DNA from: Candidatus Dojkabacteria bacterium
GTDB lineage: Bacteria > Patescibacteriota > Dojkabacteria > GCA-002793355
Direction of reading: 5' to 3'
Assembly (NCBI GenBank): GCA_030583825.1
Contig: CP129477.1
Location: 694,294 to 758,293 of the forward strand
Length of the DNA: 64,000 bases
Below are positions 56,912 through 64,000 of the stretch, piece after piece. The notes beneath the pieces were generated by a model. It was not told where the DNA came from. It did not search any database and saw only the letters and a list, made by a program, of their open reading frames with translations. Both the position numbers and the translations under genes were made by a program. The stretch's first letter is position 1. Each line of letters starts with the position of its first letter.

Positions 56912-57757
56912 CTAGGAAATTTTCGACTGTAAAGGCGCTTTCTGAAATGGCGGTTTCTTCTTTGAGTATATCCCGTATTGTTTATGAAGTATCCGAAGAT
57001 ATTTTCTTGATTTTTTCTTTGATTCCACTTCGCGGGCAATATTATCACGTGTTTGCATTGATGTGAGTATCCTCTTTACAAAGGTTTGATATACCGGGGG
57101 GAGTATCTTGTAACGTTTTCCTTCGGGGGATGGTAAATTTTGGTTTACGATTTGAAGAATCACAAGCAACTGCTGGAGATCTTTATGAAGGACAGGCTTA
57201 TTTTGCTGAATATCAGTTAAAAAGCGAGAGAATAGGCTTGCTGCTTCGAGTAGAAGTTCAAATGTTCCAGTTTTAAGCGCAGCAGGATCACTCGCATGTG
57301 AAGACGCTATTGCTTCTAAATCTGCCAAGGACAGCGCTTTGGATGAAGGAATTGCGAGAGCATATTGTTTTTTAAGGTATGCTGCCAACTCAACAGTAAT
57401 TGCAATAAGAGAAAGTGCCGAGAAATGTTGAGAAGAGGGAGACGTTGTTTCTGTGGTTCCTAATGATGACAATTCTTTTGCTGCATCTGAGTCGAGATAT
57501 CCGAACATAACAGCTTTCTTTATGAGTCGTTTTGAGGAAGTTATCCTCCGTTTTGCTTGAAATGGCACAAAATCCATATATAAATTATACCACTCTCTTT
57601 TCTTGACGCATATACCCCCGGGGGTATATACTGACCCATGACCCCAGAAACAGTTGAACAAATAAAAAACCGCTTCAAACGTAGTGAAGGCCAGCTCAAA
57701 GCTGTCATAAAAATGATAGAAGAGGGAAGTGGCGATCCAAAACAAGTCATGATTCAA
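56912..57757 (-). CDS. Hypothetical protein
   Basis: The 281-aa ORF has its start overlapping the divergent promoter/operator region of the DUF156 regulator. Its real start may be an internal Met. Confidence 0.3.
   Translation of the reverse strand: MNHDLFWIATSLFYHFYDSFELAFTTFEAVFYLFNCFWGHGSVYTPGGICVKKREWYNLYMDFVPFQAKRRITSSKRLIKKAVMFGYLDSDAAKELSSLGTTETTSPSSQHFSALSLIAITVELAAYLKKQYALAIPSSKALSLADLEAIASSHASDPAALKTGTFELLLEAASLFSRFLTDIQQNKPVLHKDLQQLLVILQIVNQNLPSPEGKRYKILPPVYQTFVKRILTSMQTRDNIAREVESKKKSRKYLRILHKQYGIYSKKKPPFQKAPLQSKIS
57603..57632 (+). promoter_or_regulatory. Promoter with an embedded perfect 20-bp palindromic operator
   Basis: The -35 TTGACG (57603-57608) and -10 TATACT (57627-57632) are separated by 18 nt. 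The spacer is occupied by ATATACCCCCGGGGGTATAT (57610-57629), a perfect palindrome. The regulator ATG lies 5 nt after the -10, suggesting a leaderless transcript. Confidence 0.5.
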
Positions 57758-57868
57758 CTCAGTGCGGTCATTTCCAGCCTTGAGAATGCCAAAATCCAGC
57801 TTGTAGAAGAGTATACAAAGGCGACAATAATCAAATCTATTAGCGGAATTTCGGATTTATTGAAGTAA
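57638..57868 (+). CDS. CsoR/RcnR-family (DUF156) transcriptional repressor lacking Cys/His metal ligands
   Basis: The 76-aa product reads IKNRFKRSEGQLKAVIKMIEEG...QLSAVISSLENAKIQLVEEY, matching the CsoR/RcnR/FrmR helix pattern (RLKRIEGQVRGLQRMVEE...). The sequence has no Cys or His at all. Confidence 0.55.
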   Translation: MTPETVEQIKNRFKRSEGQLKAVIKMIEEGSGDPKQVMIQLSAVISSLENAKIQLVEEYTKATIIKSISGISDLLK

Positions 57869-57960
57869 TCTTACTAATTCTTGTCTTTAGGAACTACTTT
57901 TAGACCTATAGTGTTTGCGGTATAATACATATCGCATATTGAAAAGAAAGGTAAGTAAAA

Positions 57961-58371
57961 ATGTTCCGGGAAATACTCAAATTGGGTGTTTTTGTCGGGT
58001 TGGTTGTTTTTATCGCAATCCAGCTTAGCTTGTGGGTGCATAATCGTGTCGCGCACAGCGTGACGGTCTCTTTCGCAGGTCAGAGTGTTGAAATTTTAAC
58101 GCTCAACTATAAGCGGGACACGCTCATGGTGCTCGGCGATCATAATCCTCTCCAATATCGTTGTGGATTAGGGCGCGCAAACAGCATCTATGTTTTTGAA
58201 AATGCCACAGGAAGCGATATCCTCGTGTCTGTGACGCATTTCCCGATTATCGGTGAAAACACGGCGCAAACAATCAATCTTCCTCAAGGACATTTTGTGT
58301 CTATCGGTGGAGACCTGTCCTACTTTGACGAAGCAATGTACGACTATTTAGTCAGAGCAGGAAACTGTTAA
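57961..58371 (+). CDS. Hypothetical secreted protein
   Basis: The 136-aa product has an N-terminal transmembrane or signal segment. Confidence 0.4.
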   Translation: MFREILKLGVFVGLVVFIAIQLSLWVHNRVAHSVTVSFAGQSVEILTLNYKRDTLMVLGDHNPLQYRCGLGRANSIYVFENATGSDILVSVTHFPIIGENTAQTINLPQGHFVSIGGDLSYFDEAMYDYLVRAGNC

Positions 58372-58405
58372 TTTTTTACTTCAAGGGTGCGACGAACGCG
58401 CAGGT

Positions 58406-59131
58406 ATGACCATCCTTGAGCCACTGAGCATAGTTAATTACCGATCCTTTCTTTTCAATAAAACCAACTGTCCAAATTCCATTTTCATAATTCTTTATTA
58501 TTCTCCCGACTTTAGGCGTTTACTTTCACCATTGCTACTCATTATTCTCATGACATACTTAGGTATGTTTCGATATATACCCATACTCTCAATATTTTTA
58601 ATGTTCCTGGCAATTGCGGGCGTATTTGCTTATGCTACTTTTGTACTTTTTCCAGTGCGTATTAAAGATGAATCATTTCCAAAAGCTAAAAAATCACCAC
58701 AACTCGCGCAGAAAGCAACTGAACATCTCTATGAAAATGGTGATCCAGTTCTAAAAATACCCAGGCTAAATATTAAAATTCCAATTGTGCAGGGAGATTC
58801 AGAGCAAGCAATGGTGAATGGAGTATGGCTCCGTCCAGGAAGTGCATTGCCTGATCAACAAGGGAATATTGTCCTTGCAGGGCATCGGCTTCGTATGGGA
58901 AAATCATTAGAAGAAAGCTTATTCTTTCTCGATAGAGTGGTGGTTGGTGATGAAATACACCTCCGTTGGAATAACAGTATCTACCTCTTTTTTGTGGTTG
59001 CTGTTACAATAGTTTCAGCGACAGACAGTCGTGCAGAACTGCCCCTGCTTGAGAAAACGCTCACGTTGTATACGTGTACGCCATTATGGAGCAGCAGTCA
59101 GAGATTAATTATTAGAGCAAAACCGCCGTGA
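58406..59131 (+). CDS. Sortase-family transpeptidase
   Basis: QGNIVLAGHRLRMG carries the catalytic His, LTLYTCTPLWSSSQRLIIRAK carries the TLxTC Cys and Arg, and there is an N-terminal transmembrane anchor. The real start may be the internal Met near 58550. Confidence 0.65.
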   Translation: MTILEPLSIVNYRSFLFNKTNCPNSIFIILYYSPDFRRLLSPLLLIILMTYLGMFRYIPILSIFLMFLAIAGVFAYATFVLFPVRIKDESFPKAKKSPQLAQKATEHLYENGDPVLKIPRLNIKIPIVQGDSEQAMVNGVWLRPGSALPDQQGNIVLAGHRLRMGKSLEESLFFLDRVVVGDEIHLRWNNSIYLFFVVAVTIVSATDSRAELPLLEKTLTLYTCTPLWSSSQRLIIRAKPP

Positions 59132-59721
59132 CTATTACATACGACAAAAAATTGAATGCAGCAAGAATCGAAGGAAAAGAAGGAGTTGCATTGTTCATGT
59201 ACGATAAGATTGCAACTCCAGATGCATTATTAAGCCAAAGCTTTGAAGGCATTGATATGCTCCTTGTTGTTCCCGAAAATTATGATCCATTTAATGGTGA
59301 CCATATTTTAGAATGGGCAAGAGTGACAGAAAAAATGCTGAAAGAAAAAACATTATTAGTATTTTCTCATGGAGAATACCGAATTAAGGATCTTCATATG
59401 AAGGGAATCAAGGATAGTGGCTCACTACAATTTGTAATTGAGTCTCCAGAATGTACTGTGGGGGTTTTGACAACAAAGCCTTCTGAGAGTTTTGTAAGAA
59501 AATATGTTCCGCTTGACGTTATCATTGGCCCAGAAACAGCATTGGCAGATATTCAACTCGATTTCGAGCCATTCTTTGTGGTATTAACTCAGATGACTCC
59601 GGCATACATGCAGCAAACAGGTGTTACCGAGATTAACGAAACAGGAAAAGTAACTGTTAAGAAGATTGATCCTCTTGCCCGCGAAAGTACTATTGATATG
59701 AGCGTAAGCTACCTCAAGTAA
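59128..59721 (+). CDS. Hypothetical protein
   Basis: The 197-aa ORF overlaps the sortase stop by 4 nt, so the two are probably co-transcribed. Confidence 0.4.
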   Translation: MTITYDKKLNAARIEGKEGVALFMYDKIATPDALLSQSFEGIDMLLVVPENYDPFNGDHILEWARVTEKMLKEKTLLVFSHGEYRIKDLHMKGIKDSGSLQFVIESPECTVGVLTTKPSESFVRKYVPLDVIIGPETALADIQLDFEPFFVVLTQMTPAYMQQTGVTEINETGKVTVKKIDPLARESTIDMSVSYLK

Positions 59722-59766
59722 TTTTATTCTTAGACTTGAGACAACTGGTAGTTAAAAGAGAAAACT

Positions 59767-61080
59767 ATGAGTGAGAGAATTCCGCCACACAATATAGATG
59801 CAGAAAAAAGCGTATTAGGTGCCTTTCTTATTGATAAAGACGCTCTCGTTCGTGTTGCGAGCTTCCTTCGTGCAGAGCATTTTTACGAAAAACGTCATCA
59901 GGTACTGTATCAGGCCATTATTGACCTATTTATGGCGGGCATTCCAATTGACTTGCTCACAATCGTAGACTACCTCAAAAAGAAAAAAGACCTCAAAACT
60001 GTCGGTGGACGATCATATATTGCCGATTTAATCAGTAGTGTTCCAACATCAGCACATGCGGAAGAATATGCAAGAATCGTAAAAGAGGCATCAATTCGCC
60101 GAAGGTTAATCACTGCCGCCGCCGATATTACCGACCTTGCATTTGATTCTGACAAGCCAACTGCCGATGTGTTAAATCAAGCACAGCACGATCTCTTTTC
60201 TGTCTCGGTACAGGGAATAGACAAAGGATTTATACATATTCGAGATTTACTTGAACAGTCTTATGAAGAAGCAGCACTAGTTAACTCAAGTGACTCGGGA
60301 TTAACGGGTGTTTCAACAGGTTTCAAAGATTTGGACGGATTGCTCGGCGGACTTCAGAAATCCGACCTGGTTATTCTTGCTGCGCGACCTTCCATGGGTA
60401 AAACGTCTTTTGCGTTGGATCTCATGCGAAATATTGCATTGGAAAAGAAAAATGTAGCATTTTTCTCTCTTGAAATGTCCCAATCACAGCTTTCAAACCG
60501 CCTTCTGGCGATGCAAAGCGGAGTAGGGTTGTGGGCAAGCCGAACCGGCCAACTTACTGATGATGAATTTGCCCGGCTTGGTGAAGGAATCGGTGTTCTT
60601 TCAGAACTCAATATCTTTATTGATGACCAACCTGGCCAAAATATTGTTGAGCTTCGTACAAAAGCACGACGTTTGTATCTGGAACAGGGAATTGATGCAA
60701 TTTTCATTGACTACTTACAGCTTATTCACGGAAATTCCAAAGAAGGAAGAGTCCAGGAAGTATCACAAATCTCTCAAGAACTTAAAAACATGGCACGTGA
60801 GTTAAAAGTCCCTGTTGTTGCGCTTTCACAGCTTTCACGAAAAGTAGAAGATCGAAACGATCGTATGCCTCAACTTTCGGACTTACGAGATTCTGGTTCT
60901 ATCGAACAAGATGCAGACGTTGTTATGTTTATTCACAGAGAAGACTATTACGATCAGGAAACCGAAAAGAAGGGAATTGCAGAAATTAGAATTTCAAAGC
61001 ATCGAAATGGCCCAGTTGGCAGTGTAGAGTTGGCATTTGTAAAAGAATTAGCAAGTTTCAGAAACCTTTTTAAGGATTAA
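59767..61080 (+). CDS. dnaB: Replicative DNA helicase DnaB
   Basis: N-terminal PHNIDAEKSVLGAFLID, Walker A ARPSMGKTSFAL, and Walker B / RecA-like core (IFIDYLQLI) are all present. The product is 437 aa. Confidence 0.9.
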   Translation: MSERIPPHNIDAEKSVLGAFLIDKDALVRVASFLRAEHFYEKRHQVLYQAIIDLFMAGIPIDLLTIVDYLKKKKDLKTVGGRSYIADLISSVPTSAHAEEYARIVKEASIRRRLITAAADITDLAFDSDKPTADVLNQAQHDLFSVSVQGIDKGFIHIRDLLEQSYEEAALVNSSDSGLTGVSTGFKDLDGLLGGLQKSDLVILAARPSMGKTSFALDLMRNIALEKKNVAFFSLEMSQSQLSNRLLAMQSGVGLWASRTGQLTDDEFARLGEGIGVLSELNIFIDDQPGQNIVELRTKARRLYLEQGIDAIFIDYLQLIHGNSKEGRVQEVSQISQELKNMARELKVPVVALSQLSRKVEDRNDRMPQLSDLRDSGSIEQDADVVMFIHREDYYDQETEKKGIAEIRISKHRNGPVGSVELAFVKELASFRNLFKD

Positions 61081-61096
61081 CCTTTATATCGTATTT

Positions 61097-61164
61097 CAGA
61101 AAAAAGAGTACTCGGTTCTAAACGCTAAATAACCCATGTATTAGCTAAACCTGCGTGCTTTTTT
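61097..61164 (+). repeat. 3'-proximal repeat family B, copy 3
   Basis: cagaaaaaagagtactcggttctaaacgctaaataacccatgtattagctaaacctgcgtgctttttt starts 16 nt after the dnaB stop. Confidence 0.6.
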
Positions 61165-61307
61165 CTTCAACACTCTATAAAGTTTATTGTTGAGTGCCAC
61201 AGAATGTGTTGCAGAAAGTGGCACAGTCTTGGTATGTAGGTTAAAAATAACCCATTTGTCGGGGCTTCTCTTTGCGCACATTTTTTAGTATAATCTCGTT
61301 AGCACAT

Positions 61308-61396
61308 GGGCGGGTGGTGAAATGGCAGACACGCGAGACTCAAAATCTCGTGAAGGTGACCCCTTCGTGAGGGTTCGAGTCCCTCTCCGCCTACCA
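61308..61396 (+). tRNA. tRNA-Leu (anticodon CAA)
   Basis: The acceptor stem is GGGCGGG/UCCGCCU with discriminator A and CCA encoded. The D-arm has a GG loop. The anticodon stem CGAGA/UCUCG carries loop CUCAAAA. There is a long variable arm (class II) and the T-arm GAGGG-UUCGAGU-CCCUC. A -10-like TATAAT lies at 61289-61294. Confidence 0.85.
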
Positions 61397-61421
61397 TCAA
61401 TATAAGGTTACTTATCAATCT

Positions 61422-62333
61422 ATGCTCCAATTTTATGCTCAAACAGAAACTCCAAGTCCAACAGCAGTTCCTACCGCAACACCGACGCCAACTCCTACTA
61501 TGGCAACAGATATTTCAGGCTATATTGGGCAGGTACTGGATTCACTTCTCGGCATAGATATTCTTTTTGTATTGAAAGTATTGGTAACATGGCTTTTTAT
61601 TATTTGGATTGTGTTTGCACTGTGGGTCGCAGTTGATGCAATGCAACGCTACAGAAATCCTTTATTTGCCATTTTATGGTTTGTATTTGTCGCTCCGTTT
61701 AACTTCCTAGGGTTAATTGGCTATCTCTTTATTCGTCCAACGCTAACGCTCGAAGAAAAAGAATGGACAAAGCTTGAAGGTAAGTATCTCATGCATGAAT
61801 TGAGCAATATTAACGATTGTCCGCAATGTAAAACAATGGTTCCTACTTCCAGCAATTACTGTATTGTTTGTGGATATCAGATGAATACCACCTGTGGAAA
61901 ATGTGAGTATGTTCAAAGTGTCTTTAATAACTACTGCTTAAGCTGTGGAGAAAAACTTCGTGAAGATGCTCCAGAAGTAAGTACAGTAAAAACAAAAGAA
62001 GCAACAGCAAAAATTTCTGTGAGTACACCTGCTACTGAAACACCGGTTAGTGCGGCATCATCCGTTGCCGAAACAATGACGTCAGTTTCAACAAAATTGC
62101 AGTCAGCAATGGGTGGATTTATCTCAAGTGTACAAACAATGTTTGAAAAGAAAAAAGCAGCATCCCGTCTTGAAACGGCAGTCACCGAAGAGAAAGCTGC
62201 AGAACCAAAAGAAGCGGTTACAGAAACAGCTCCGGAAACAAAGTCAGCTCAACAGGGAAATCAGAATTCAGAGCAGAAGAAAGGGCACTATCATCATAAT
62301 CACCACGGAAAACATCATAAGAAAAGAAAATAA
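61422..62333 (+). CDS. Membrane protein with a double zinc-ribbon and a His-rich C-terminus
   Basis: It has a Pro/Thr-rich N-terminus and two transmembrane helices. CPQCKTMVPTSSNYCIVCGY...CGKCEYVQSVFNNYCLSCGE is a double zinc ribbon. The C-terminus is KGHYHHNHHGKHHKKRK. Confidence 0.45.
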   Translation: MLQFYAQTETPSPTAVPTATPTPTPTMATDISGYIGQVLDSLLGIDILFVLKVLVTWLFIIWIVFALWVAVDAMQRYRNPLFAILWFVFVAPFNFLGLIGYLFIRPTLTLEEKEWTKLEGKYLMHELSNINDCPQCKTMVPTSSNYCIVCGYQMNTTCGKCEYVQSVFNNYCLSCGEKLREDAPEVSTVKTKEATAKISVSTPATETPVSAASSVAETMTSVSTKLQSAMGGFISSVQTMFEKKKAASRLETAVTEEKAAEPKEAVTETAPETKSAQQGNQNSEQKKGHYHHNHHGKHHKKRK

Positions 62334-62335
62334 TT

Positions 62336-62842
62336 ATGGCTGAAACAGCAATATTTATCATTGCAAGTCTCGTAGTACTGTACATGGGATGGTATATCCA
62401 TGTGACAACGTTTAGTAAACTCAGGTCTCTTGGAAACGAGCATGATTATTCTTATTTAGACTATTTCGACAGTATCCTCAAATCAGGAATTGGAGCAGTT
62501 ATTTTCGCTCGAATAGGGTGGATTGCAATGAATTTAGAGACAGTAATGACTTACGGCTTTGGAGTGCTTCCATACGAGCGTATAGGGCGTGATTTTGAAT
62601 GGTTTCCAACCTACCCATGGAGGTTCTTTATGTTTTCTGAAGGGATTTTGTCTCACGTATTCTGGGTTTCATTTGGAATATTGCTATTTATCCTACTTGT
62701 TATTCCCACAGTAAAGCTTATTACAGCACTGAAAGTAGGAAAAGCACGGATCAAAGGCATGTTATACGGAAAAGAAGCTGTATTCATCGTATCTCTCGCA
62801 GTATATTGTGCCGCACTTGCCGCATGGTCAATGCGACCTTAA
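62336..62842 (+). CDS. Hypothetical membrane protein
   Basis: The 168-aa product has about four transmembrane helices. It is adjacent to and same-strand as the zinc-ribbon protein, 2 nt after its stop. Confidence 0.4.
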   Translation: MAETAIFIIASLVVLYMGWYIHVTTFSKLRSLGNEHDYSYLDYFDSILKSGIGAVIFARIGWIAMNLETVMTYGFGVLPYERIGRDFEWFPTYPWRFFMFSEGILSHVFWVSFGILLFILLVIPTVKLITALKVGKARIKGMLYGKEAVFIVSLAVYCAALAAWSMRP

Positions 62843-62862
62843 TTTACTTTTTCTAACGGTTT

Positions 62863-63948
62863 ATGATTCGACTAGACGCATATTTGCAACAATTCATTAC
62901 AAAAGAACATGGTGTAGAGCTTTCTCGTACATATGTTGAAAAACTACTCGAAATGGGTGGGGTAAAGCTAAATAATGAAGTTATTAAAAAGAAGGGATTT
63001 AAGTTTAACTCCGATAAGATTGCTCCGGTGATTGACGAAAAAGCGCTGGAATCAATTATTATCGAGTATCAAACAGGCAAAAGCGACGATTCCGAAGCGT
63101 CCAGCTGGTCAGCAAGCAGTATGATGACAGTATTAGATCCTGCAAAGCTTGAAAGAGCAGGGGATATATCTCCACATATCGTGCTTGAAGATGACGATAT
63201 CTTGGTAGTTTATAAACCCCCGGGGGTATTGTCTCACCCAGGAAGAGGTGACCAAAATCGAGATAGTATGGTCTACCAATTCGCAAAGTATATGGAAAAG
63301 ATCCATAAATATATTCCTCGTGCAGGTCTTTTACACCGATTGGATTTAGATACTCGCGGCTTGCTGGTATTTGCCAAGAATATGGAGTCCTACAATATTG
63401 TTAAGAAGGCATTTGAAACACGAAAGATTGAGAAGTGGTACCTTGCAATTACAAAGGCAACTCCACGGCTTAATAATCTGATTAAAAACGGTCTGGAAAA
63501 GGTTCACAGGAAGGAATTGCCACATCCGTATGAAATGTTTCGAAAAGCTGCAGGTTATGATGAAATTAAGGCGTATATGCGTTCCTTGCCTGCATTTGAG
63601 TTAGATGGATACATTGGAAAGGCAAGAGATGGCAAAAAGATGTATTTTTCTCTGGATCAGCAAATTCTCCGCAGAGATCGTATTAGCACGATGAAAAACT
63701 GCGACAGCACTATTGCAATAGCAGGGGAGTATAACAATGATATTTTTCTTTTTGTGCAGCCTCATACAGGACGCACTCATCAGATTAGGGCACAAGCAGC
63801 ATACCTGGGTGCACCCGTTAAAAACGACCGGTTATACGGCAAAACATATACCCCTAAGGGTACCCTTGGATTAATTGCATGTGCTATTTCTTTTTCACTA
63901 AAAGAGAAGCAATACAACATTGTCCTTCCTCCAAGATATTTTTCATAA
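62863..63948 (+). CDS. rluD: RluA-family pseudouridine synthase (RluD-like) with an N-terminal S4 domain
   Basis: There is an S4-like N-terminus. ILVVYKPPGVLSHPG and HRLDLDTRGLLVFAK carry the catalytic Asp in the HRLD motif. Confidence 0.8.
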   Translation: MIRLDAYLQQFITKEHGVELSRTYVEKLLEMGGVKLNNEVIKKKGFKFNSDKIAPVIDEKALESIIIEYQTGKSDDSEASSWSASSMMTVLDPAKLERAGDISPHIVLEDDDILVVYKPPGVLSHPGRGDQNRDSMVYQFAKYMEKIHKYIPRAGLLHRLDLDTRGLLVFAKNMESYNIVKKAFETRKIEKWYLAITKATPRLNNLIKNGLEKVHRKELPHPYEMFRKAAGYDEIKAYMRSLPAFELDGYIGKARDGKKMYFSLDQQILRRDRISTMKNCDSTIAIAGEYNNDIFLFVQPHTGRTHQIRAQAAYLGAPVKNDRLYGKTYTPKGTLGLIACAISFSLKEKQYNIVLPPRYFS

Positions 63949-64000
63949 ATAGTAAAGAAAAGTAAGACATTTTAGTTCATGTCGGACTATTTTTACAATA

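Noticed and set aside
63222-63241. aaacccccgggggtattg resembles the ATATACCCCCGGGGGTATAT operator.
   Set aside because: It lies inside the rluD coding sequence, encodes the conserved KPPGVLS of the pseudouridine synthase, and lacks the AT-rich outer arms. It is a coding coincidence.

Overview
This 64-kb window comes from a low-GC (about 40%) bacterium that uses the standard genetic code: TGA is a real stop, for example at the end of cas9. The window is gene-dense with short intergenic spacers, many genes lack a Shine-Dalgarno sequence, and it carries numerous small secreted or membrane hypothetical proteins, a sortase and a DUF2207 protein. That flavour suggests a Patescibacteria/CPR-like genome, but this is inference only.

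Recognisable housekeeping genes are prfA (3' end truncated at the window edge), rpmE, a P2-type cation ATPase, trxA, gpmI, sodA, thrS, pepF, ybaK, mnmA, greA, dnaB, rluD and tRNA-Leu(CAA).

The centrepiece is a complete type II-A CRISPR-Cas locus at 26.17-33.21 kb. It comprises a divergently transcribed tracrRNA (anti-repeat, nexus-like motif and intrinsic terminator are all visible), cas9 (1194 aa, RuvC and HNH motifs intact), cas1, cas2 and a csn2-like gene. An AT-rich leader ending in ATTTGAG precedes an array of 20 identical 36-bp repeats and 19 spacers of 30 bp, two adjacent spacers being identical. A umuD-umuC pair follows immediately.

Other notable elements:
- Two AbrB/SpoVT-antitoxin plus PIN-toxin pairs, each with a palindromic candidate operator.
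- A CsoR/RcnR-family (DUF156) regulator that lacks metal ligands, preceded by a perfect 20-bp palindrome (ATATACCCCCGGGGGTATAT) that recurs in degenerate form at two other promoters.
- Two families of conserved intergenic repeats (A: two copies of about 110 bp; B: three copies of about 65 bp, each 9-16 nt after a stop codon).
- A divergent UbiA-like / polyprenyl synthase pair.
- A tandem ThyX-like protein.
- A block of four unknown proteins at 49.7-54.3 kb, one with a cytidylate-kinase-like P-loop.

No rRNA, integrase or transposase was found.
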